NCBI GenBank assembly: GCA_965365285.1
Contig: CBDUBC010000003.1
Location: forward strand, 3,461-67,460
Length of the DNA stretch: 64,000 nucleotides
Source of the DNA: an uncultured bacterium
GTDB lineage: Bacteria; Bdellovibrionota; Bacteriovoracia; Bacteriovoracales; Bacteriovoracaceae
Reading direction: 5' to 3'
Both the position numbers and the translations under genes were made by a program. The notes under the pieces were generated by a model that saw only the letters and a list, made by a program, of their open reading frames with translations, did no database searches and had not been told where the DNA came from. Of this stretch, positions 1 to 8,788 are shown piece by piece (the first letter of the stretch is position 1; each line of letters starts with the position of its first letter).

Positions 1-1814
1 CCGGATTGATGGTGTCTTCGAAGTTTTTCCCACTTAGTCATCAGAAAGAGTCTCCTTCTCTCTTCCGGCTTTCTAATGTAGATGGAGAGCTTATCGCTAT
101 GAAACAGCTCTGCATTGGTTTCGATAAAGTCATAGGCCTGCTCGACTAAAGCACTTCCAAACTTATACATTCTTCTATACGGCTTAGCATCTTGGCAGGC
201 AAATTGTCTGGTTCGTTCCCCTATTCTCTCTAGCGGTGGAATAGTATCTCCTGCTTCCAAGTAATTTTTAGAAAATTTATTAAACTTCTTTTTAAAGTTT
301 TTAAGTTCTGTTTTTGCCGTATTTAGAGAATAATCCATAAACTGATAACCAATAGAGCCATAGATTTTTGCAATAATTTCATTAAACTCATCGAGAATAT
401 TAACAATGGTTTCTGTACCATCATCACCAGAGGTGAAATCTCTGTTTGAGAGAAGTCTTTCAAGCTTGTATTCAATTCTTTTAAGAGCAATCATTTTTTC
501 ACTTAGCTTCTTTTGAAGATCTTTTTTCAGATTAAAAAGATCTTCTTTTAAGGTATTCACTGGTTTTCCACGAACCTCTGAATCTGTTAGAAATCTTTTT
601 CTTGCTTCGACCATTTGATTAAGAGCAAGATCCCCTACTCGATTGAAATTAAAAAGAAGCCTGGCCTTAATAGTCTTTTCAAAAATCTCGGCATCCATAG
701 TTAGAAGTTCAGAGAATTCATTAACATTACCTGAGTTAAATAAATCAAGATCTTTTAAAAACATGCTATTAAGCGGGCCTAAAGTTGATTCTTCTAATGC
801 CAGAAAACGTTGGACTAAAGAGGAGAGAATAATTCCTTTTTGTCCAAAGGCCTGAATAACTTCGAGTTTTTGAGTTTCAAGTGGACGATTACCCTCTGTC
901 GAGAAAGGTTTATTAATAAAAGGGAGAAGAGAACTTAAGACCTCATTCACTTCAAAGGCTTCGGTAGCTTGGTCGCGAACGTACTTTTCTGCCTCTTCAC
1001 GAATCGTCTCAGTAATTTGCTTAAGGTTTTTATTATTCGTTTCTATTTTCTTTTTGAGAACTTCAATGATTCTTTGAGTTTCCTCAAAATCAGCTTGATG
1101 CGTGGGCGTTGGTATATCCATGATCCCAGCAAGCTCCACTTCCTTACGAACATCATAAAAAGAGCAATTCAGCTTAATAAAGATCTCTCTATATTTCTTA
1201 TCTTTAAAGTTAAAGTTTTTACTAAAGATATTATTGATAAAAAGGAGAAGGGCGCTAGCAGCAGATCCCGTACCTTGAATGATAAGACCATTATTTCCTG
1301 GTACCAGAGCGCTAAAGCTCGTTACATCTCTAATGATCTCTGAGGACTTTTCAAAAAAGTTTCTTTGATCAATTGAGCAGGTATTTTTAGTAAAAAGATT
1401 ATTAAGTCCAGCGGCAACAGTTGCGATATCCTGACCATTAATTTTAGGAAGCTCAACTGGTGTTTCCGTTGTGGTGCCAGTAGTATCCACCGCCTCATTA
1501 ACGGTATTTTGGAATTTTTCGGCCCCTGCTAAGATTGCATCGAATTGATCTTGATAATCGCTAAAGCAGGTATTTTCAAAAAGAAGTTTAATATTTGAAA
1601 TCTTGTCGAGAATATCAAGATACTTTGTGCTTGTAAGTGGGCAGGAACCAGTTCTTTTATAACGATTAAGGTTTTTTTCAATGAGATCATCGATTACTCT
1701 ACTTTCATGGGGATCAATGCCTTCAATTGGATTATTGCTTATAGAGTCATCAATCACAGAATTTGCGTGGGCAAAAGATTGTCCAAGGAGAAGAAACACG
1801 AGAAGTAACTTCAT
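1..1814 (-). CDS. Large secreted helical protein, partial (C-terminal end lies beyond the left window edge); paralog of 40498..42627
   Basis: Absent from the supplied track because it has no stop in the window. My own minus-strand translation from ATG 1814..1812 stays open to position 1 (about 604 codons). N-terminus MKLLLVFLLLGQSFAHA looks like a signal peptide. Several blocks align by eye with the 709-aa ORF at 40498..42627. Confidence 0.75.
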   Translation of the reverse strand, partial: MKLLLVFLLLGQSFAHANSVIDDSISNNPIEGIDPHESRVIDDLIEKNLNRYKRTGSCPLTSTKYLDILDKISNIKLLFENTCFSDYQDQFDAILAGAEKFQNTVNEAVDTTGTTTETPVELPKINGQDIATVAAGLNNLFTKNTCSIDQRNFFEKSSEIIRDVTSFSALVPGNNGLIIQGTGSAASALLLFINNIFSKNFNFKDKKYREIFIKLNCSFYDVRKEVELAGIMDIPTPTHQADFEETQRIIEVLKKKIETNNKNLKQITETIREEAEKYVRDQATEAFEVNEVLSSLLPFINKPFSTEGNRPLETQKLEVIQAFGQKGIILSSLVQRFLALEESTLGPLNSMFLKDLDLFNSGNVNEFSELLTMDAEIFEKTIKARLLFNFNRVGDLALNQMVEARKRFLTDSEVRGKPVNTLKEDLFNLKKDLQKKLSEKMIALKRIEYKLERLLSNRDFTSGDDGTETIVNILDEFNEIIAKIYGSIGYQFMDYSLNTAKTELKNFKKKFNKFSKNYLEAGDTIPPLERIGERTRQFACQDAKPYRRMYKFGSALVEQAYDFIETNAELFHSDKLSIYIRKPEERRRLFLMTKWEKLRRHHQS

Positions 1815-1816
1815 AC

Positions 1817-2278
1817 TTATCTGCCTTTTTTTACAATAAAATTAAAATGCTTAGCCTCTACAGGAGTAATGGAAAGACGATTACCTTTTCTCAGTATGAG
1901 CATATCTGTAAGCTCTGAGTATTCTTTCAGTTCGTCTAACGCAATGTAGTTTTTGAATTTTTCTTTGAATTTAACATCCACCATCATCCATCTCGGATTA
2001 TCTTCAGATGATTTAGGGTCATAGTATTTGGATTTTTTATCAAATTGCGTGTGATCTGGATATGCCTCCTTGACGACCTCGGCAACACCTGCGACTCCGG
2101 GAGGTTTCGCGTTTGAATGATAAATCAAAATGAGATCGCCTTTTTTGATCTCATCTCGCATGAAATTTCTAGCTTGATAGTTTCGAACCCCGTCCCAAGG
2201 CTCAGTTTTCTTGGGACGGTTATTGAGATCATCTATAGAGAACACATCTGGTTCTGTTTTAAATAACCAATAGGCCAT
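1817..2278 (-). CDS. EVE domain protein (PUA-like fold, THYN1/DUF55 family)
   Basis: 153 aa. The N-terminal AYWLFKTEPDVFSIDDL block and the overall size match EVE-domain proteins as I remember them. Its stop lies 2 nt before the next gene start. Confidence 0.75.
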   Translation of the reverse strand: MAYWLFKTEPDVFSIDDLNNRPKKTEPWDGVRNYQARNFMRDEIKKGDLILIYHSNAKPPGVAGVAEVVKEAYPDHTQFDKKSKYYDPKSSEDNPRWMMVDVKFKEKFKNYIALDELKEYSELTDMLILRKGNRLSITPVEAKHFNFIVKKGR

Positions 2279-2285
2279 TGTTATC

Positions 2286-3143
2286 CTAGTTTTTAATTAA
2301 ACCCTCGCAATGGTTTAACATAAACTGAGGCAAGGCAAAAGAAGCAGAGTGTAGTTCAGGTGTATAGTATTGAAACTTAAGTCCTGATTCAAGAACTCTC
2401 TCTTTCTTGAAGTCATTTATTGGGTGATGCTTCTTTGTTGCAAAAGAAAAACTCCACAGACCACCTGGGTAAGTGAGATTATGGAAATTATAAATAAAGA
2501 CATCGTCAAAGACCTGGTTAAGAACCTTAAGAAGACTTGTTTGGGCCTCAACTTCATAATAGGGAGATTCACACTGACTGACAACGATTCCATCATCGGA
2601 AAGAATTTTGTGAATATTTTTATAAAAATCAACTCCGAAAAGAGGAGTTGCTGGACCAATAGGATCCGTCGAGTCTACAAGGATGACATCAAATTTCTCA
2701 GTTGTATTTGCTACATATTCAACACCATCACCAATAATGAGCTCAAGCCTTGGATTATCGAGCTCGCATGCCGTTTGAGGAATAAACTCTCTTGAAGCAT
2801 TTACGACGACTTCATCAATTTCAACCATGACGCATTTCTCTACGCCTTTATGACGAAGAACTTCGCGGGCGGTACCACCGTCTCCTCCACCGATCACAAG
2901 AACCTTTTTAGGGTTTGGGTGAACAAAAAGGGCCGGATGGGCAATCATATCATGATAAACAAACTCATCTCTTTCCGTAACCATGACGAGCCCGTCATTT
3001 AGAAGCATTTTTCCGTAACCTTTTGTCTCTACAACATCGACTTGTTGAAAATCACTTTTTTGAGAAAAAAGCTTTTTTATGGTGTTATATCTCATGACGT
3101 AGATGTCACGGTGTTTTTCTTCTGTGTATAGTTCATTACTCAT
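2286..3143 (-). CDS. speE: Spermidine synthase
   Basis: 285 aa. Has the GGGDGGTAREVLRH AdoMet/dcAdoMet-binding motif and VDSTDP. Overlaps the upstream AdoMetDC gene by 4 nt. Confidence 0.9.
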   Translation of the reverse strand: MSNELYTEEKHRDIYVMRYNTIKKLFSQKSDFQQVDVVETKGYGKMLLNDGLVMVTERDEFVYHDMIAHPALFVHPNPKKVLVIGGGDGGTAREVLRHKGVEKCVMVEIDEVVVNASREFIPQTACELDNPRLELIIGDGVEYVANTTEKFDVILVDSTDPIGPATPLFGVDFYKNIHKILSDDGIVVSQCESPYYEVEAQTSLLKVLNQVFDDVFIYNFHNLTYPGGLWSFSFATKKHHPINDFKKERVLESGLKFQYYTPELHSASFALPQFMLNHCEGLIKN

Positions 3144-4075
3144 AATTTTACCTCTACTGCATGATTCATTTCACTTTGGATCTTGTGAAATTCATAATAA
3201 TTAATATCGAGTTCACCATTGATGGCATGTTTATATTTTTTAATACATTTTAAGCTCTGGTCCTCAAGCTTAGGTTCGATGAGGCTATTAAAGTTCACAA
3301 CATCAAAAGCTTCAGGGCCAAACATCTTTAAAATTCGATTTAAAAGATCTGGATTCTCTTTTTCTAGATCAAGGTTTGTTTCAAAGCTTACATAGCTAGT
3401 AGAGAGCTCCGGAGTAATATGGATTGTGATATATTTATCATCTCTAATTCCATTAAGAGAAAACCCAAATGGTTCAAAAAGAAAGTCATCGATTTGAAAA
3501 CCAGGAAAGGTATTTTTATAATCTAGAAATTCTCTAATGACCTCAATCTTTTGATTTTCGGTCCTAAAGATCTCCGCCCCTCTTCCCGTAATATGATACA
3601 TGAGAAGCTCAGTCGTCGTATCTTCTGGATGAACATTTATTAATTTATCTGAGTGATACAAATAGGTATGATGAGCATCAAGGTGCCCAAATCTTAGCGC
3701 CTTTCCAGGAACCTTAGATCCAATTCTTTCAGCATCATCAAAAAAGCTTGAAGCTTGAAGCCTTTCAAAGTATTCATTCTTTCGCTGAAAGAAGAGAGCG
3801 TCGACAACATCATCTCCAAATTTTTCAACAAACATGATTACGGAGTTTGCAAGCGTGGTTGTTCCACAAGTAATCATAAGAAATTTATCTCTCCAAACAA
3901 AGAGACTGGATTCAGATAAAAGGTAGGCATCACATTCTTTATTAGAAATAATATTGAGAACAGTGGCATTACAGGTTGCAACCATCTCCTTCCAAAATTC
4001 ATGTCCGAGCTCTCGGAGGTTAAAACCTTCTCTAACAATTACTTCTACTTTTTTCTCTGAGCCTTCAAAGGCCAT
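3140..4075 (-). CDS. speD: S-adenosylmethionine decarboxylase proenzyme, eukaryotic-type (class 2-like)
   Basis: 311 aa. Starts FEGSEKKVEV. YLLSESSLFV followed by ITCGTT matches the eukaryotic autoprocessing site (human YVLSESSMFV ... KTCGTT). Confidence 0.8.
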   Translation of the reverse strand: MAFEGSEKKVEVIVREGFNLRELGHEFWKEMVATCNATVLNIISNKECDAYLLSESSLFVWRDKFLMITCGTTTLANSVIMFVEKFGDDVVDALFFQRKNEYFERLQASSFFDDAERIGSKVPGKALRFGHLDAHHTYLYHSDKLINVHPEDTTTELLMYHITGRGAEIFRTENQKIEVIREFLDYKNTFPGFQIDDFLFEPFGFSLNGIRDDKYITIHITPELSTSYVSFETNLDLEKENPDLLNRILKMFGPEAFDVVNFNSLIEPKLEDQSLKCIKKYKHAINGELDINYYEFHKIQSEMNHAVEVKL

Positions 4076-4293
4076 AGACTCCTCACTTGAACAAAAATGC
4101 CTAAAAAGCCTCTATAGCACCCTCTCTGTATAATTTCCATAACGCTGGAATTTTTATAAATGCCAGGAGTATATCTAAACTCTTGTTATTATTAAGTTAA
4201 ATACCCCCAAAGACCGGGCCTTTACTTACAGGCTCAATTGACGTTTTAGGGATTTTTAGAGAAAAACTCCTGAACTTAACGAAAGGAAGATTT

Positions 4294-5178
4294 ATGGTTT
4301 CTGAGATTTTTGATTCAAGCAGATGGGAAGAAGTTCAAAAATTTGAGGATATTACCTACCACAAGGCGATTGGGCAGGGCACGGTTCGTATTGCTTTTAA
4401 TCGTCCTGAAGTTCGAAATGCTTTTAGACCTCAAACAGTAGATGAACTTTATCGAGCTCTTGATCACGCAAGAATGTGGCCAGAAATTGGAACCATTCTT
4501 CTAACGGGAAATGGTCCCTCTCCTAAAGATGCTGGCTGGGCATTTTGTTCTGGCGGTGATCAACGAATTCGAGGAAAAGATGGTTATAAATACGAAGGAA
4601 CTGAAAAGGTACCTGGAACAAGCCTTGGACGCCTTCATATATTAGAAGTCCAAAGACTTATTCGTTTCATGCCAAAAGTCGTGATCGCCGTAGTTCCTGG
4701 TTGGGCCGTTGGTGGAGGGCATAGCCTCCACGTTGTTTGTGATCTTACTTTGGCGAGTGAAGAGCATGCAATCTTTAAACAAACCGATACCGATGTCGCC
4801 TCCTTTGATGGCGGGTATGGATCAGCTTACCTTGCAAAGCAAATTGGACAGAAAAGAGCTAGAGAAATCTTTTTCTTAGGTGCCAATTATTCCGCCAAAG
4901 AGGCCTTTGAAATGGGTATGGTTAATAAAGTTGTCCCTCATAAAGATCTTGAAAAACTAGCTCTTGATTGGGCAAAAGAAATCAACTCAAAAAGCCCCAC
5001 GGCACAAAGAATGATTAAATTTGCTTTTAATCTCGCAGATGATGGGATGGTTGGACAGCAAGTTTTTGCTGGAGAGGCCACTCGATTAGCGTATGGAACT
5101 GACGAGGCCCAAGAAGGAAGAGATGCTTTCCTTGAAAAAAGAAAGCAGGACTACTCTTCTTTTCCTTGGCACTTTTAG
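4294..5178 (+). CDS. menB: 1,4-dihydroxy-2-naphthoyl-CoA synthase
   Basis: 294 aa crotonase-fold protein with FCSGGDQ, VPGWAVGGGH and a C-terminal FLEKRKQDYSSFPW typical of MenB. Confidence 0.85.
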   Translation: MVSEIFDSSRWEEVQKFEDITYHKAIGQGTVRIAFNRPEVRNAFRPQTVDELYRALDHARMWPEIGTILLTGNGPSPKDAGWAFCSGGDQRIRGKDGYKYEGTEKVPGTSLGRLHILEVQRLIRFMPKVVIAVVPGWAVGGGHSLHVVCDLTLASEEHAIFKQTDTDVASFDGGYGSAYLAKQIGQKRAREIFFLGANYSAKEAFEMGMVNKVVPHKDLEKLALDWAKEINSKSPTAQRMIKFAFNLADDGMVGQQVFAGEATRLAYGTDEAQEGRDAFLEKRKQDYSSFPWHF

Positions 5179-5699
5179 TTTTCTTTAAAGTATTGATTGA
5201 GACCATCACCCAAAGCAGTTAGGTTTGGTCCTAATATCTTTTCAATAAGACCCTCAATAAGAGGAAGGGCCTTTTTAGCAATTAATTTAGGAATCCCAGG
5301 AACTTTATCTGCGTATATAATGACTTCACAAGTTACAACAAGTTCCGTTTTTCCATTTCCAGCATCTTTAAAATAATTAACACCCTTGGCATCAAACAGA
5401 TCATTTCCAAGCGTCGATTCCAAGCGATACTCTACGTGATATTCAGAGTCTCTCCAGTTTGCAAAGTCTTTCCAGCTCAAAAGATCTGGATTGAGGAATT
5501 TCTTCAGAAGTCCGGGAACTTCTGCCTTAGCGTACCAATGATTTTCAATTTCCACGCCATCTTCGTGGTCTTTAAAGCTTACTTTTTTAATTTTTTCGAC
5601 ATTAGGCATATAAGGAACAAGTTTTTCAAGATCGTTTCGAACGAGTTTATAAACATCTTCTAAAGAACGATCGATTACTTTTTTATTTTCTAATTTCAT
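5175..5699 (-). CDS. Hypothetical protein, possibly SRPBCC (START/Bet v1-like) fold
   Basis: Clean 174-aa ORF. Its size and N-terminal pattern (KVIDRSLEDVYKLV) resemble SRPBCC ligand-binding proteins. The assignment is weak. Confidence 0.4.
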   Translation of the reverse strand: MKLENKKVIDRSLEDVYKLVRNDLEKLVPYMPNVEKIKKVSFKDHEDGVEIENHWYAKAEVPGLLKKFLNPDLLSWKDFANWRDSEYHVEYRLESTLGNDLFDAKGVNYFKDAGNGKTELVVTCEVIIYADKVPGIPKLIAKKALPLIEGLIEKILGPNLTALGDGLNQYFKEN

Positions 5700-5777
5700 A
5701 ATAATTCCTATTCCAAAGTTAGCTATAGATTAACCTTTTGACCCATAAAGCTCAAGGCTTTACCTATTCTCTTTTAG

Positions 5778-6704
5778 ATGGCAAAAAGTGTAGCTATGAA
5801 TCTAGATCTTGAATTCGACCGACTTTTCAACATAGACCATCCTGGTCAAATGTATCAGGGTAGTTTTCATACCCCCCACGCGCTTTACACGAGTTATGAG
5901 GACTTTTTTGAAATCTATAAAGATCTCGATTCTAATGTGACAAGTCTAACTGATCTTGGTTCAGGAAATTGTCGAGCGGCCTTCTTATTTTTTCATCTTT
6001 GTCCTACTCTTAAAGTTTACAGTATTGAAAAAGATGAGGAGGTTCTTAGTAAAGCTCAAGTCGCTGCTCAGAAGTTGGGGCTCCCCTCTCATCATTTTAT
6101 CCAAGGGGATCTCTTTGATATTAAAATTCCACAGACTGATGTCTATTTCCTATACCAAAGCAGCGGGGAACTTCTCTATGCCCTTCTTGAAAAAATTAGA
6201 GAACATGACTCTCTCTTTACTCTTTATGCAATAGAATCTCATGGAGATCTCATCTCAAAACTCAAGAAAGATTTTGGTCACTTAAAGCTCACAAAAACGA
6301 TTGGAAGGAGTGTATCGAAGAGGCTTGATCCTTTCATTTATCGATTTGACTCAACTCCCTACATTCCATTAAGCAAAGATGCCTTAGAAGAGGTCAAGTT
6401 TACTCACCAAAACCTTATTGATCTAAGATGGAGCAAAGATTGGGTCGTTGAGATCGAGGAGGAAGATCATCTCTGGGTTGCTTCAACTTATTTAGTTCAA
6501 TCGGGACTTAAAGAGGATAGTTATGAATTTATCTATCCCCACAGAAATGTCGATTCTTATAAAATCAGGCGTATCATGCGCTGTCCAAAAGATCTAGGCC
6601 CTTTCATTCATCAAAGGTTTGAGAAAGACTCTAAAATTCGAAAGATTATTCTTGCGCCACAAAAACAAATTGAATATACCGACTTGGGGCGTATTAACCT
6701 TTAA
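5778..6704 (+). CDS. Putative SAM-dependent methyltransferase with an uncharacterised C-terminal domain
   Basis: 308 aa. Has a Rossmann motif I-like LTDLGSGNCRAAF followed by an acidic YSIEKDEE and GDLFD. The C-terminal ~130 aa are unassigned. Confidence 0.45.
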   Translation: MAKSVAMNLDLEFDRLFNIDHPGQMYQGSFHTPHALYTSYEDFFEIYKDLDSNVTSLTDLGSGNCRAAFLFFHLCPTLKVYSIEKDEEVLSKAQVAAQKLGLPSHHFIQGDLFDIKIPQTDVYFLYQSSGELLYALLEKIREHDSLFTLYAIESHGDLISKLKKDFGHLKLTKTIGRSVSKRLDPFIYRFDSTPYIPLSKDALEEVKFTHQNLIDLRWSKDWVVEIEEEDHLWVASTYLVQSGLKEDSYEFIYPHRNVDSYKIRRIMRCPKDLGPFIHQRFEKDSKIRKIILAPQKQIEYTDLGRINL

Positions 6705-6710
6705 AAATAT

Positions 6711-7505
6711 ATGGTTCAAACAGATCAAATTATATTAGAGCATTACAAAAGAGTGGCCAAAAACTTTGGTGTTTCTCCGCTATCGACGATGCGCGATCAA
6801 TTCATAAGAAATTGTGAAGTAGACTTTATTCTTGGTCAAATCATGGATATCTATACTGACGGTCACTGTGTTGATCGAATCCTTGATATTGGCTGCGGAA
6901 ATGGTTTTCTCCTATCCAAAATCAGAGAACTTCTCGATCATCCTGATCTTTTTGGTTTGGAGTTCACTCCTGAACTCCATGAAGTGTGTCTCAAAAGAAA
7001 TTTAGAACGTTGTGAGTTTCACCATGGAGATGTACGAAATCCAATTAAGCAGATGGAACCTCTTGATGTCATCATCACCGAAAGGTCACTTATTAATATT
7101 TTAAGCTGGCCACAACAATATCAGGCATTACAGAATATCTATTCGGCACTAAAATCAGGTGGTCACTTTATTATGGTTGAGAGTTTTCGAGAGCCTTTTG
7201 AAAACCTCAATCAAGCACGAAGGGAAATGGGGCTTGAAAACCTCGAAGTTTCTTATCAAAATCGTTATTTTAATCATGCACTTCCTAAATATATGCAAAA
7301 AATCGGTTTTCACGAATGTGAAACACATTTAGATAAAAACTATCTTTCTACTCACTTTTATTTAACGCGAGTTCTTCATCCAGTTATTCGCCCAGATAAA
7401 GGAAGACTTCGAGATAATATGTTTGTCTACTTTTTTTCTCATGTGCTCGAGCCTGCAGTAGGTGAGTTTTCTCCAATACTTTTTCATATGTATCAAAAAA
7501 AATAG
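6711..7505 (+). CDS. Class I SAM-dependent methyltransferase
   Basis: 264 aa with ILDIGCGNGFL (motif I), GLEFTPE (motif II) and LKSGGHFIMVE. Confidence 0.7.
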   Translation: MVQTDQIILEHYKRVAKNFGVSPLSTMRDQFIRNCEVDFILGQIMDIYTDGHCVDRILDIGCGNGFLLSKIRELLDHPDLFGLEFTPELHEVCLKRNLERCEFHHGDVRNPIKQMEPLDVIITERSLINILSWPQQYQALQNIYSALKSGGHFIMVESFREPFENLNQARREMGLENLEVSYQNRYFNHALPKYMQKIGFHECETHLDKNYLSTHFYLTRVLHPVIRPDKGRLRDNMFVYFFSHVLEPAVGEFSPILFHMYQKK

Positions 7506-7540
7506 TTTTGACAAAAACGATTTAAAATGAAATTTCTAGA

Positions 7541-8227
7541 TTGATGAGTAATACGGTTGCCTTATTTCCTCTACCTCAAAGCGTTGTCTTCCCTCTGCAA
7601 AAGGGTCGTTATCATATCTTTGAACCTCGCTATCGAAGTATGGTTGAGTACTGTCTCGCTAAAAACATTTGGTTAGGTGTTTGTACTCCAAAAAAGATTA
7701 TTAGAAACTTGAAAAGACAAGGCTCTTTAAAAAAGGCACTTTCTACAAACAACGGATTGTTTGAACCCCAATCTATTTTTAGCATAGGTCCTGTGGAACT
7801 TCTTAAGGAATACTCTGATGGGCGCTATCTTATAGATGTAGAGTTTAAACGACGAGTTGAGATTGTTGAAATTCATCAACAGCTTCCTTTTTATATTGTT
7901 GGTGTTCAAGAAAAAGAAACCTTAAATCCAACCCCTGAGTCCGCTCAATTTCTTTACTTTCGATTGGTCTCTCTCCTAAAGGCTTTGTTTGGCGATCAGT
8001 ACCTTACTCTTGTTGAGCAATTCCTTGAGGCGTTTAGGCTCAGTGATCTTGAAACTCTCCTGGCAAAGTTCTTTGAATTAAAGATTCTTCCCACCTATAT
8101 GTTACAAGAATGTCTTGAGATTGATGATTTAGAAAAAAGAGCACTTAAAGTTATTGGCGCGCTTGAAAAAATTGTTCCCAAAGATTCAAAGGCCGAGATC
8201 ATCTCGCTTCATAAGGGCCCTCTCTAA
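7541..8227 (+). CDS. LON N-terminal (substrate-binding) domain protein
   Basis: 228 aa. LFPLPQSVVFPLQKGRYHIFEPRYRSM matches the Lon N-terminal domain signature. No ATPase or protease domain is present. Confidence 0.7.
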   Translation: MMSNTVALFPLPQSVVFPLQKGRYHIFEPRYRSMVEYCLAKNIWLGVCTPKKIIRNLKRQGSLKKALSTNNGLFEPQSIFSIGPVELLKEYSDGRYLIDVEFKRRVEIVEIHQQLPFYIVGVQEKETLNPTPESAQFLYFRLVSLLKALFGDQYLTLVEQFLEAFRLSDLETLLAKFFELKILPTYMLQECLEIDDLEKRALKVIGALEKIVPKDSKAEIISLHKGPL

Positions 8228-8788
8228 ATTCAATAATGCTACGGGAATTGGCTTTTTATCTAAGGGCAGCTGAAGCTCATGGGAAAGAAAGTCTATGGCA
8301 TCCTGTTCGTTTTTATTTTCTTTTTCTCTTTGCTCTAGGAGATTTTTTCGTGAGGAACAATCTCCCCACTCCACAACCCCGGTTTTGTCTGGATTAAAGC
8401 CAAGACATCCATAAGGTTTGATTTTGGGGTCTAAATCGCAACCAAGTTTATGACCAAGATAAAAAGGGCACGTATAGGTTCTTCTAAATTCCTGTCCTCG
8501 ACTCAGCACCATTTCTTTATCAAGTCTAAATTGGGTGATGCAGTCCTGCAACCGTGTTTTAAGCTCAACGGTCCATAGCCCTTTTTCTAAAAGCTCGGAG
8601 TAGATTTCTAGTGTCTGTAAGAGATCAATTTTCATGGAATTAGAAACCATGGTACAGCAATGACCAACGCAATCCTTACAAGAAAGTCCGTTGGCTTCAT
8701 CCGTATGCATAGATTCAAGCATGGGCCTTCTTCTTTCAAAAGCACTTTGAATATTAAATTTTTGATAAAGATTTTTAAGCATTTCCAT
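8186..8788 (-). CDS. YkgJ-family cysteine-cluster protein (CxxCxxxCC)
   Basis: 200 aa with CKDCVGHCC plus further conserved Cys residues. Overlaps the upstream methyltransferase gene by 14 nt on the same strand. Confidence 0.55.
   Translation of the reverse strand: MEMLKNLYQKFNIQSAFERRRPMLESMHTDEANGLSCKDCVGHCCTMVSNSMKIDLLQTLEIYSELLEKGLWTVELKTRLQDCITQFRLDKEMVLSRGQEFRRTYTCPFYLGHKLGCDLDPKIKPYGCLGFNPDKTGVVEWGDCSSRKNLLEQREKENKNEQDAIDFLSHELQLPLDKKPIPVALLNLERALMKRDDLGL

Noticed and set aside
643-1343. Plus-strand track ORFs 643..855 and 969..1343
   Set aside because: Both lie entirely inside the long uninterrupted minus-strand reading frame 1..1814, which has a signal peptide and a paralog. Their low-complexity products look like antisense shadows.
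2417-2795. ORFs 2417..2659 (-) and 2424..2795 (+) inside speE
   Set aside because: They are nested in the well-supported spermidine synthase gene in other frames or on the other strand, with no motifs or RBS. The same reasoning applies to the other nested track ORFs. These include 5436..5663, 5956..6234, 9284..9571, 15550..16093, 17715..18235, 19302..20122, 23495..23944 and 25767..26294. It also covers 41806..42420, 44203..44805, 46452..47426, 50387..51190, 51619..52299 and 62034..63528.
4076-4293. Possible riboswitch (e.g. SAM-sensing) in the speD leader / menB upstream spacer
   Set aside because: I could not recognise any known riboswitch core or a convincing conserved helix set by eye. 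The 218 nt are adequately explained by two divergent promoters.
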